In this document: one piece after another, positions 38,313 through 49,800 of the stretch | Numbering within the stretch: position 1 is the stretch's first letter | Layout: every line of letters begins with the position of its first letter | From: Gekko japonicus | Taxonomy: Eukaryota | Reading direction: 5' to 3' | Assembly (NCBI RefSeq): GCF_001447785.1 | Contig: NW_015167071.1 | Coordinates: 1 to 64,000, forward strand | DNA length: 64,000 bases | Translations under genes and position numbers: made by a program | The notes under the pieces: model-generated | Seen by the model: only the letters and a program-made list of their open reading frames with translations | The model's database searches: none | What the model was told of the DNA's origin: nothing

Positions 38313-38477
38313 AGTTTCAGAGGCTGTGTTGGTCTGCAGTAGAACAGGTAGATTCGAGTCCAGTAGCACCTTAGAGACAAACAAGATTTTAGGGATATAA
38401 GCCTTTCAAGAACTAAAGCTCCCTTCGACCAAAAAAGGGAGATTTGACTCTCTGAGGTGCTACTGGACTTGAATCAA
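38313..38477. mobile_element. Palindromic Penelope terminal-repeat derivative
   Basis: Inverted repeat GATTCGAGTCCAGTAGCACCT / AGGTGCTACTGGACTTGAATC, homologous to the Penelope end at 46007; flanked by the direct repeat ACCAAGAAA.CT. Confidence 0.6.
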
Positions 38478-39146
38478 ACCAAGAAAGCTGTTCTGGATAT
38501 CATGGGACCTGCATGGATTCAAATCAGCTGGAACACGTGCTTCCATGAAGTGGGAATTGGGTGAGAATGAATGGGAGAATTAGCTGGATCCAACTCAATG
38601 ACCTTAGGAGGCTGTAACCCTGCTTTAGATTATATTGTTTTCCTTTTAAGGAATAACTGACAATGACTCTTTGTACTTGTTTGATTTCAGTTACCTAAGT
38701 TTGTCCCAGCTATCAAATACTAACAATTAGAAAAAGAAACCCTAGCCAATCACAGTAACTTCAGGGCTTATTTCTGACTGAAAATCTTATTAGAAAAGAA
38801 AATGCCTTTTTCAAAATATGTGCCATATGTTCTTTTTTCTAAGGAAAAAATGCATTCATTTTGTTCACTATTCTGCTACTGTGATGAGTGTATTGGATTT
38901 ACTCGTTTATTGTAATGCTATGATGGATACTTGTAAAACTCCAACTGAATGTAAGGACATTTTGACTTTTACATTCCAAAATAATCCTGATTCCTTCAAA
39001 CTGAAATCTGTGGGACTCAAAATGTCTGCTTTTACTGACTTGCTGGGAAAAAAACTCTTGGCCTCCCAGTTTCAGATTTGTGCTTCAGCAATAAAACCCA
39101 CTATGATGGATTGCACAGAAAAGTAGGCTTTTTAAAATGCTGCTGG

Positions 39147-40226
39147 TGTCAGACAGTCAGGGATTTCATGAGTTAATCTTCTCTGAAGAGAAGAGCTTAT
39201 GTGATTGGCTGCTCTACTAGCTCTCTGATTGGCCAGCATCAGCTGAGAGAGGAAATAAAACAGCTGATCTGGAGGGAAAAGAGGTATTTTGCAATTTTTG
39301 GATCAGTAGCTTGAGGGTTTGGCTCTTGAGGGAAGAGACATTTGGGAATCAGTGTTTTCTGACAGGCAATAGTCAGAAAAGTACTTCTACAGAGAGAAGA
39401 GAAATGCCATTGTCTTAAATATATTAAAACTGCTCTGAGGGAGAACTTAGATTCTCAGTCAGGAAAGCTACAGAACAGCCTTATGCAGACCAAGAATACT
39501 GGAGAAGGATTTGGCAGAAGGTCTGGGTAGTTAGAGAGAACTCCCATACAAGTCAAAAAGGAGTTATTACTTCTTAGGGACAAGGAGAATAACTTCCTGC
39601 CAGTGAAAGGGCTTGGGAAGAGAACCCTGGTCTGTGATAAAGGGGAGAAGCTAAGACACCTCAGGCGTTAGGGAAAACCTGTAATATCTGAAGGAATAAA
39701 TCTACTCTAAAGGAAGAAATCTATAAACTGTAAGGAAATAGTGTTCTCCAGAAGAAACATTATTAAGAAGTGTTAGTGCTGAAATATACTAAACAAGGTA
39801 CCTCTCAAAGAAAGAACTAGAAAACCCTGAAACAAAACTACAAATACACTCTCTTAAATGTTCTAAGAATTCAGTATATATTAGAAAGGTTTTTTTTACT
39901 GCAGCAATCTCAAAACCTTGACTATTCCTGTTATACATATATTCCCTGCCCATTTAATAAAATCTTTATTCTGTTTTTTGAAAATCAATTTGCTTCAAGT
40001 GCCATCTCACAAGGGTTTATAAAAAAGGACAGCTCCTGTCTTTCCCTCAAGTTCCTATACTGGGTCTAAAGCCTAAACCAGTATATAGACAAAGGTTGGG
40101 ACAGTTTCAAGTTTATATCAGTAGAGAATATACATGCTACTGTAGGGCAACTCAGTCACTGAGGGGAACTGAAGATTTGGTGGGAAAAATCTGCCAGACA
40201 GTTGGGGAGATACAGGGGTCTGTCAT
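39147..40226 (+). mobile_element. Probable solo LTR (Gypsy-like), old
   Basis: TGTCAGA...TCTGTCA ends, purine-rich body, AATAAA at about 39956; no clear TSD. Confidence 0.35.
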
Positions 40227-41477
40227 ACCCACAGCATGTGAACACCACAAAGTTCTGCCTAAAGCACCGAATGCCTTCCTCTTGCTCAAAGACATCCTCC
40301 ACTACAATTACAGCATGAATTGTGAAATTCCACATACTTGGTTCCTGTTCAGAAAGATCCTCTCATACCTTCCTGTACCCAAGCACCTAATGGGAGGCAG
40401 AGTTAGGCTCAAATATTTACACATACTCTGACTCAGTGACAATCAGTTGGGCTGTAGTAACAACAAACCTACTGATGTTATCTGGACTGCTCTGGAAGTG
40501 AGAATAGTTTTGAATTCATCCATATGCAACGGAAAGTATTCAGAGACAGTTGTGACCCAATGAGCATGCCAGGTATGTAAAACGAGAGCATAAGAATAAA
40601 CCGCTTCTTTACTTTGTTCATGTTTAGAGCTAAGTTCAGTAGTGGCAGCTAGTGTGCCAGGAAAGTTCGAAAGCCTGGTTGTCAAATGGTCTGAGAGATG
40701 CAGAACAGATGAAAAATAAATCCTCCATTTGGAATAAAAATTCAAAAATAGCTGCTGACATTCTTGTTGGTCATCAGCAACAACCAGGGTAAAGTTTTTT
40801 TGTTTTTTTTAAATGGCTTTATCTGCTGGCTAATTGGCATATGACAGAATGTGATGTGCTGTAATTAAGACAGAATAATGTTCCACTGCATGCATTTAGA
40901 AAACACAGCCCTTTTAATTCTAAGGCTTCCTTTCCACACACACACCATTCTCTCTGAGCTTCACAAATGAATGTTCTTAAGAAACAGGGGATTCTGATTC
41001 CAGTTCAGCACATGACCTTGTATTTATACTGTACTCTAACTAAGACCTTTGGTCCAGCACAGGTAAATATAGTCTACTTTGAATGGCAGGGTCTCCAGGG
41101 TCTCAGGCAGAGGGCTTTCACATCATCTACTATATATTCTATTTAGCTGGAGATTCTAGGGACTGAATCTGGGACTTTTTGCATGTGTGCTCTATTGCTA
41201 TGCCATGATTCCCCACTTCATTATAGTGTAGAGTGGAATCCTGCTTATTTTAAACATGTGTCTTCAGCTGACAGTGCTGACTTTTTGTTTGGCATGGGAG
41301 AGCTTTGTGTCATGTTGTTGAACTCTGATGAAGAGGAAGAAACTGCCAATTAAGCCAGCAGAGAAGGCCTAGCCAGGAAGTCTGAAATCCACATGCCCTA
41401 CTTTTTTTGCTCAGCAGTGAGTAAAAGGTAGTCAGCAAATGCATGTCTTTGTTTATTTTAACTTGGTATACACCAGC

Positions 41478-41690
41478 CTGTATAGCCCAGGCTAGCCTTA
41501 TCTTGTCAGATCTTGGAAGCAAAGCAGGGTAGGCTCTGGTTAGTATTTCGATGGGAAACCACCAAAGAAGTCTAGGGTTGCTATGCAGAGGCAGGCAATG
41601 GCAAACAACCTCATTTTCTTGCCTTGAAAACCCCATGGAGACTCCATAAATCAGCTGCGATGTGAAGGCACTTTCCATCACTATCACCAT
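41478..41690 (+). mobile_element. 5S rRNA-derived SINE
   Basis: ATCTTGTCAGATCTTGGAAGC..AAGCAGGGT..GGTTAGTATTT.GATGGGA.ACC is homologous to the 5S internal control region and is followed by a non-5S body. Confidence 0.75.
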
Positions 41691-41914
41691 AGACCAGGGC
41701 TCAGCTTTTTCATTTTTAGAAAGATTCCATGGTGAGCCCTGGTTTGAATTAAACCTTGAAATCCAGGTGAATGAGTTAAATTGGTTTTTTTAGCCTGTTC
41801 CATATCTTGATCCTTCCAGAGGCATCACTCAGGAAAGAATTTTTTTAAAATAGTTCATAGTAACTTTCTTGGACAGAATCAGTCCAGGACACTTTGTCTG
41901 ACTTTCTCATTTAT

Positions 41915-43310
41915 GAACATAAGAACATAAGAGATGCCAATGTTGGATCAGGCCAAAGGCCCATCCAGTCCAACACTCTGTGCCACACAGTGGCCAGAAA
42001 TACCAGTGCCATCAGGAGGTCCACCAGTGGGGCCAGGACATTAGAAGCCATTCCACTGTTGACCCCCCCCAAGCACCAAGATGACAGAGCATCACTTGCC
42101 TCAGAGTCCCTATCTATACCTTGTGGCTAATAGCCACTGATGGACCTCTGCTCCATATGCTTATCTAATTCCCTTTTGAAGCCGTCCATGCTTGTAGCCG
42201 CCGCCACTTCCTGTGGCAGTGAATTCCAAGTGTTAATCACTCTTTGGGTGAAGAAGTACTTCCTTTAATCCGTTATAACCCGACCGCTCAGCAATTTCAT
42301 GGAGTGCCCACGAGTTCTTGTATTGTGAGAAAGGGAGAAAAGTACCTCTTTCTCTACCTGCTCTTTCCCATGCATAATCTTATAAACCTCAATCATGTCA
42401 CCCCTCAGTCGTCGTTTCTCCAAGCTAAAGAGCCCTAAGCGCCTTAACCGTTCCTCATAGGGAAAGTGTTCCAACCCCTTTATCATTCGAGTTGCCCTTT
42501 TCTGCACTTTTCCCAAAGCTATAATATCCTTTTTAAGGTGTGGTGCCCAGAACTGCACACAGTATTCCAAATGAGGTCTCACCATTGATTTATATAGGGG
42601 CATTATTATATTGGCTGATCTGTTTTCAATACCCTTCCTAATAATCCCCAGCATAGCATTGGCCTTCTTTATTGCAGTCACACACTGTCTCGACATTTTC
42701 AGTGAGTTATCCACTACAACTCCAAGATCTCTCTCTTGATCAGTCTCTGCCAGTTCAGACCCCATCAACGTGTATTTATAGTTAGGATTTTTGGCTCCAA
42801 TGTGCATCACCTTGCACTTGGCCACATTGAACCCCATTTGCCATGTTGACGCCCACTCGCCCATCCTTGACAGATCCCCTTGGAGTGCCTCACAATCCTC
42901 ACTGGTTTTCACCACCCTGAACAACTTTGTATCATCCGCAAATTTAGCCACTTCACTGCTTACTCCCATCTCCAAATCATTAATGAACAAGTTAAAAAGC
43001 AGTGGACCAAGTACTGATCCCTGCGGTACCCCACTGCTTACCACCCTCCACTGAGAAAATTGCCCACCTACACTCACTCTCTGTTTTCTATGAACTAGCC
43101 AGTTTTTGATCCATAAAAGGACTTGTCCTTTTATCCCATGATTTTTGAGCTTACTTAGGAGCCTTTGATGAGGAACTTTATCAAAAGCTTTCTGGAAGTC
43201 AAGGTAAACAATATCTATTGGATCCCCCTTGTCCACATGTTTGTTCACCCCCTCAAAGAACATTAACAGGTTAGTGAGACAAGATCTTCCCTTACAGTAC
43301 CCATGTTGAG
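41915..43310 (-). mobile_element. CR1 LINE, 5'-truncated, near-identical to 16022-17295
   Basis: Uninterrupted 332-aa RT ORF at 42265-43263; (TTCTTATG)n tail. Confidence 0.95.
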
Positions 43311-43771
43311 TGGTGAATTACAAAACACCTGTAATTGGACAGATTCTATGTAATCTGACCTTTTAACATTTATTATTACAATAACACTTCTGAACTTTGA
43401 AATTGGAAAGTAGTTCCCTAATCTCTTTCAGCTGCCACCACCTTGTGATTTTAAGTAACAATGTTTCTTCCTTTTTTTTAATCTTAAGCATGTAGATGAA
43501 AGGAAGTGATTTCCTTGTAGCCATGGTATCCAACCACTTATCTCCCCACCCAACATCTAATACTTTGTCCTCTGGGCCATGTTTTATCTCTGTATGATTC
43601 ATAGTGCTAGCAAGGTTAAAGTTATAAGAATCACGTGCTTGTATAAGACATATTTATTGAGAACTAGGTGGCGGATTGTCCTGCTGTATCTGTCACATGA
43701 ACAGGGGAAGAGCAGTTCTTGGAGTTTGTGAATTGTTTCCTTCTTCAACACTTAGACTTTCTGTGTTATAG

Positions 43772-43873
43772 GTGCATCTGGCCCATGTTCTGCCTATGAA
43801 GGAGCCTCTGCACCCCCTTTTGAGCTAATTGGCAATAGCTCTACAGATGAAAACAAAAGAATGAATGATACTG
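43772..43873 (+). CDS. SSUH2: SSUH2-like B N-terminal exon (GASGPCSAYEGASAPPFELIGNSSTDENKRMNDT)
   Basis: TAG acceptor, GTAGGT donor, phase 1 to 1; SAPP.EL motif resembles SSUH2 N-termini. Confidence 0.7.
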
Positions 43874-46800
43874 GTAGGTATACTCTCAATCTCTGACAGT
43901 GCTATCCTAAACAAAGTTACACCCTTCTAAGTCCTTTGAAGTCAATGGCCAAATGGGGATTTAATGTGAGTCCAGTGTGATCCTGGTGGCATTGCTTGTG
44001 GGAATTAAGAGGCAGAAAAACAGACCAAATTTCAGTGAAGAAAATGTCACAACTACCTTTAGTGCGGTTCAGGATGCAAACTTTTGAGTCATATGCATCT
44101 CTTCTACAAGCTGGATGCTCAAGAAAAGAGGGAAAAGAGGAAACCAGATATTCCTGTAACAGATCGGACCTTCAGATTGTTCATTACTGATCACTAAACA
44201 ATGCCTTCAGCTCATCTGTCTCTAAATAAGCAGTAAAACAAAAAGTTATAAATGTAGCTATCGTGTTATGTTTCATCCATACTATTTCAGGAGGCAAATC
44301 TGGTCAAGCTGAACAGTTGCCCCATAAGGAACATGAAGAATTTGGTCCACACCAGAGAGACCTGAAGTAAGACTTCTCTTAACTGCTGCCATTTTTATTT
44401 GTGCTGATAGGATGAACTTTTACCAATATTTAAAACCACAGAGTGGAATCTTGGAAACTTGCATATGGGTTGCTTGGTCCGGCTTGGATGACACTGAATA
44501 GTGTTTTTTCCCCTATGCCATGTACTTTCAGATGTTTCCCCAAACCCTGCTTTGCTGCAATGCCTTTCCTGTTATATTTCCACAACAAAAGGGACTAGAC
44601 ATTTTTTTAAATATAAAAGCTGGGAATTCATTACCTGTTTTTAAAAACTCCTGGAAAAACCCTGTAGTAGACGTTAATTCTTCCCACTTTTTAGAATTGC
44701 TCCAAACATTACAAATTTCCCATAGGGAATCCACCTTGCTTGTAAGAGAAAGCATACAGCATGATACAACTGGGTGGATACAACTGGGTGGATACAACTC
44801 TGCTATTGAACCTACTGGGTAGCCGTGGGCTACTCAATTGCTGTCAGCCTACCCTGCCTCACAGGTTATTGTTGTGAGGATAAAATGGAGGATTGATGTT
44901 GTAAGGTATGATGTACTGTGCTCTAAAACCTCCTAAGTGCTGTGTAAACATGTGAAGGACTGTGAAGGGTTAATGCCTCACAGAGACAGACAGCCTTGAG
45001 TGAGAGGCTGCTCAAAGGGATTTGATTAGTTAGTGTCATTGAGCAGAAAGATTTGGGAAGTAACTGCTGAGGAGGACTCAGTTTAGCTCTGACTGAGAAC
45101 TGGAACAGTTTAGTTTAGCCCTGAGGAGAGTTTAACACTGAGGACTGAGCAAGAGTCCAGTAGTAACTTTTTTTTTAAAAAAATCATATTTTTATTGAGT
45201 ATACATTTCATAGAACTATTTCATACAATATATATATTTGTACTCTATTTCATAATCTAACAAAAAAGAGGTTACATTCCCTCTGTATGACCAACAAATT
45301 AAACTTAATCCAAATCCAGTTTGTATCCTCTTCTTTTTCTTATTCCCATAACCTACCCACGTATAAAACCACCATGCAAATTCCTCTAAATCATGTTCTA
45401 ATCATTAATACATCTTCCTTTAATTCTTCATAATTTGTTACCCATTCAATCTTCTAATTTTTGTTTTATACGTTCAATCGCTATAATTCTATATTCTTCT
45501 ATACCTAAAAAAGAAAGCTGGATGGGGTTGCCTCTGATACTGAGGGCTGAAGAGGAAACCCCTTCAGCACGAAGGTAGCCCTCCTACCTACTACCAGAGG
45601 TCTTGAGGGAAGCACACCCTCCACCTCCTTACCATGCCCTCTAATTATAACAGATATACTTTTATGTTAGTTACCACTTTGTTTACTATTAATAGATAGT
45701 TGCTGCTTAGCATATAATTCTAAATTCCCATCATTCTCATTTAATTGCTCTCAAAAAATCTGTTATACTGATAGCATAAATAAACTCTCTCCTTTCAAAC
45801 ACCTCCATCTGATTGTTTAATCATCACTTCCAGTAGTTTCTTTCCAGAATACTCGTCGTGTGCTGTAGATATCTTGCCATTAAGATTGACCACTAGATGG
45901 CCCAATGCGAGCCATCTATATTTACTCCCATGTTCTCTCAGTTTCTTTGTTATGTCTTGAAACTTCCTTCTCGTGAGAAGTATCTCAGCTGGAACATCGG
46001 CAAATAGAGTCCAGTAGTACCTTAAAGACTAACAAAAGACTAACAAAATTTGTAGCAGAGTATGAGCTTTCATGAATCATTGCTCACTTATTCAGATACA
46101 GCTAGAATGTGAGTCCATCTGTCCTACTTATGGGGAAATGGACTGATTTCAGATGACAAATGACATTAGCAGGCAAATAACAATAGCAGGCATGATTGGA
46201 TTAGGTGTGATATGCAGAGGTGTAGTAAGCATGCAAAAATCAGCATTGGTAATGAGACGGGAAACCTAGGTCTCAGGTCCAGCTGTGGAACTGGGAAGGT
46301 TGGCAAGGAGGAGTGGGAGGATTGCTGAAGACCCCCATTCAGGCCAAAAAAAGGGATAAATCTTCTAGTTAGAGAAGTGATTCTTTACCCAGTTGGAAAG
46401 GGAGATAGCTCAAAGAGCAGGGTGATCCCTGGTGTGTTTAGGGGAGGAATTTGGGTACTGGTAGTGTATCCCTGCCTTCTGAAACCTGGAGTCAGTTAAA
46501 CTTAAGAAAGTGAACCAGATCTTTATATGTGCCACACTGCATGAGAGTTTCTTGTAAGGAAATATGTAATGTTTGTTACATTATATGCTGTCTTGCACTG
46601 ATGTAAAAAAATGAAGAGTAAGAGGTTATCTAGAAACTACCTATCTCTTTGTTTCATTCCCCAGTACCCTCTACGTTTCTGAGCAGGATGTTAAAGAAGC
46701 TCTTCTGCAATATGTATCCAGCAAGCATTTCTATAGGTCCACCCCTGCAAAGCATATGAAAATCCAGAATATTATCCCTCTCAACACGTATAGAGTATGT

Positions 46801-49800
46801 ACTATAGCTGCATAAAATGAATTAACCTTTTCTTTTCTTTTTTTTTTAAAAAGCTCCATCAAGTTTTGCACTGCAGTTCATCTTGACTGTATTCAAGTCT
46901 TGCTCTAGAGATTCAGTCAAAATACAAATTACAAACCTACCTGTCAGCTGAGGATCTCTTTGGACACCCCACTCCATCTCTCTTCTCTTTCAGAAGTGAG
47001 GCAGGGAGTGACAAATAAACTGAGCTCCGTGGATAGTGGTACCCATTTTGGACCACCCTCCCTTTTAAGTGCTTACCTGGTGTTGGACCATTTAAATTTT
47101 GGGTTGGGATGAAGAGCTGGCATTTTGTTGATTTGATATCCTCATTTGTTTATTTTAAGAAATTGGTCCTTTTATGTTCATTGATATATTTGCTGCTATT
47201 CCAGACAGTGATCATCAAAAGTGATTTTTATTGTGAATTTTCATTTATGTGTAATCCATCTTGAGAACCAGTTCCCAGCTGAGATACCAAGAGATACAGA
47301 TTAATTTATTAATTGGTTAATTAATTTGTTAAATGTCCACAGTTCCCTATTTATCTTATGTTAGGTCTAAACTAGACATGACCAATGTTCCATCTAAGCT
47401 GTGGAGTTTTGTGAGCAAAAATTCAACTTTGTGAGCTACTGACATTAAAGCTGTGAGCAAGTGATTTGGCTACTGCAGAAATTAGTTTCCTCTGGAGCCA
47501 TCCTTCCTGACCTAAGTCAAAAATGTCTGAGCCAGAGGCTAAAATACTGTGAGCTAGCTCAGACGAACTCATCTTAGAGGGAACACTGGACATGACAGCA
47601 TCCTTATGGCTTCCACGAGGATACTGCTGCCTCCATTTTAAAGTCATTTTAAAATGTAGTCAGGGCCCAGTCCTGATCAGGCTCACAGTAAGGTGAGCTG
47701 AAGTACTCTTGTTCTCCTCCCTCCCACACCTTTTCAAGTGCTGAAATAGCCACCTGCACCCCCTCACAGCTGTTTCAGTTTGGTGTAGTGGTTAAGTAAA
47801 GGTAAAGGTAAAGGTTCCCTTGCTCGAAAGCCAGTCGAGTCCGACTCTAGGGTTGCGGTGCTCATCTCCATTTCAAAGCCGAAGAGCCAGCACTATCCGA
47901 AGATGTTTCCGTGGTCATGTGGCTGGCATGACTAAACACCAAGGCGCACGGAACGCTGTTACCTTCCCACCAAAGTGGTACCTATTTATCTACTTGCAAT
48001 GTCTTGCTTTCGAACTGCTAGGTTGGCAGGAGCTGGGACCAGAGACGGGAGCTCACTCTGTCATGCGGAAACTCGGGTCTCGAACTGCTGAACTACTGAC
48101 CTCCCACAGCCTGCAGTTTAGCGTCTTAACCTAATCTGGGAGAACCGGGTTTGATTCCCCACTCCTCCACTTGCACCTGGCTGGATGACCTTGGGCAAGC
48201 CATAGTTCTGGCACAGCTGTTCTTGAAAAAAGAGCAGTTTCTGTCAGAGCTCTCTCAGCCCCACCTACCTCACAGGGTGTCTGTTGTGGGGAAGGGAAAG
48301 GAGTTTTTAAGCCGCTCTGAGACTCCTTCTGGTAGTGAAGGGCGGGGTATAAATCCAATCTCTTCTTATTATTTTTCTTTCAGCACCTGAAAAAGTGCAG
48401 GAGAGAACAAGAGTAATCCGCAGCATTGTAATATGACTTTAGAATGGCAGCAGCACCCTTGTGGTGACCATGAGGATGCCACCATGTGGCCTTAGACAGA
48501 TTTATTAACAAACGAAAGCAATTTACAAAGGCTTAGAAATCTTTGTTCTTCTTCTTAGCTTCATGTGTTCCAAGACTGAATTTAGAAACCTGTATTCAGT
48601 TGAACTTTGGCTCCAGTTACGATCTCATTGAGAGAAACACTGCTTTGTCCCCCCTGAGGCAGCCAATTATGTTTTGTGGGTGTTTTGTTTGCATTAAAAT
48701 CACTTCAGTGCCACTTCCATTATAGTTTACGTACATAGTTGCTCTTGTGCGTTCTCAGTATCGCTTGGAGACCTTCACTGAATGTCGACAGACACACCGG
48801 GCCAGTGAGCTTTATGATGGTGAGTTACACAGGAGAAAGAAGGAAGTCCGATCAAGAGTGATTTTCGCAGAAGAGATTCCACTTTGCAGCTCCGCGGTCT
48901 CTCCTTTGAGCTAATGGGTTTCTTACACATCTTCCAGTTCAGAGAGCATTGAGCAACACTGTCTTTTCTTTCTGTTTCCAGTGGCAGATATGAGCTTCTG
49001 AACTGCTGTGGGCAGGAGTCCCATTTCCTCATGTACAGCTCATTTCCTTTTAGCTCCTGTACAATGAAATTAGTTTATTCTGTGCTCAAAGCATGAGATT
49101 TTGGACATCCTTCCTTTCAGGAAAGAGCAGAGCCTGGGGGGTTGAGAGCAAATGGTTCGCTGTAACAGAAAATTAATTAATGATGTATTATCTGCCTTCG
49201 AAGGAAGTCATGGGCCACTGATGCCTTCCCATGATAATTCTCAATCTTTTTGTAGTTTTGCTACTCAATGGGAAATATAGGGATACTTTCTTCTTTCAAT
49301 GATAGCAGCTAAAGAGTAAAGCTCCTACTTAAATATACTTTTGTGACCACTGATCTGTAAAGGATATCCAATACTGAAAGCTTAGCAACTCAATGAATGG
49401 ATGGGAGAAATTGTTTTCAGTGATTCTGTATCTGAAGTTAGCCAGGCAGTTTACACTTTCTCCCTGAAACTGTGGCAGAAGCATTAAATGCTTTTGTAAA
49501 TAGCCTGTTGTACTAGCAGTAGTCATAAGAAGGGGGGAAATAGGACTGACTTGCAGCTGTAGTCAATGCTCCCTCTAAGCTGTGGAGTCTTGTGAGCAAA
49601 AATTCTACTTTGTGAGTGACCGGCATGAAAGTTGTGAGTGAGCGATTTGGCTGCTGCATAAATTGGTTTGCTCTGGAGCCATCCTTCCCGAGCTAAGACA
49701 AATATGTGTGAGCCAGAGGCTAAAAAAACCGTGAGCTAGCTCACACTAACTCAGCTCAGAGGGAACACTGGCTGTAGTATAACTACATTTAAAGCAATTT

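Noticed and set aside
40628-40788. Exon-like segment with a good acceptor and donor
   Set aside because: Stops occur in all three frames from the acceptor, and the ATG-initiated frame ends in the wrong phase.
41478-41600. 5S rRNA gene
   Set aside because: Diverged, dispersed and fused to a non-5S body; a SINE head, not an rRNA gene.
1759-48759. Homologous exons offset by exactly 47,000 bp
   Set aside because: Other exon pairs have different offsets; a coincidence.
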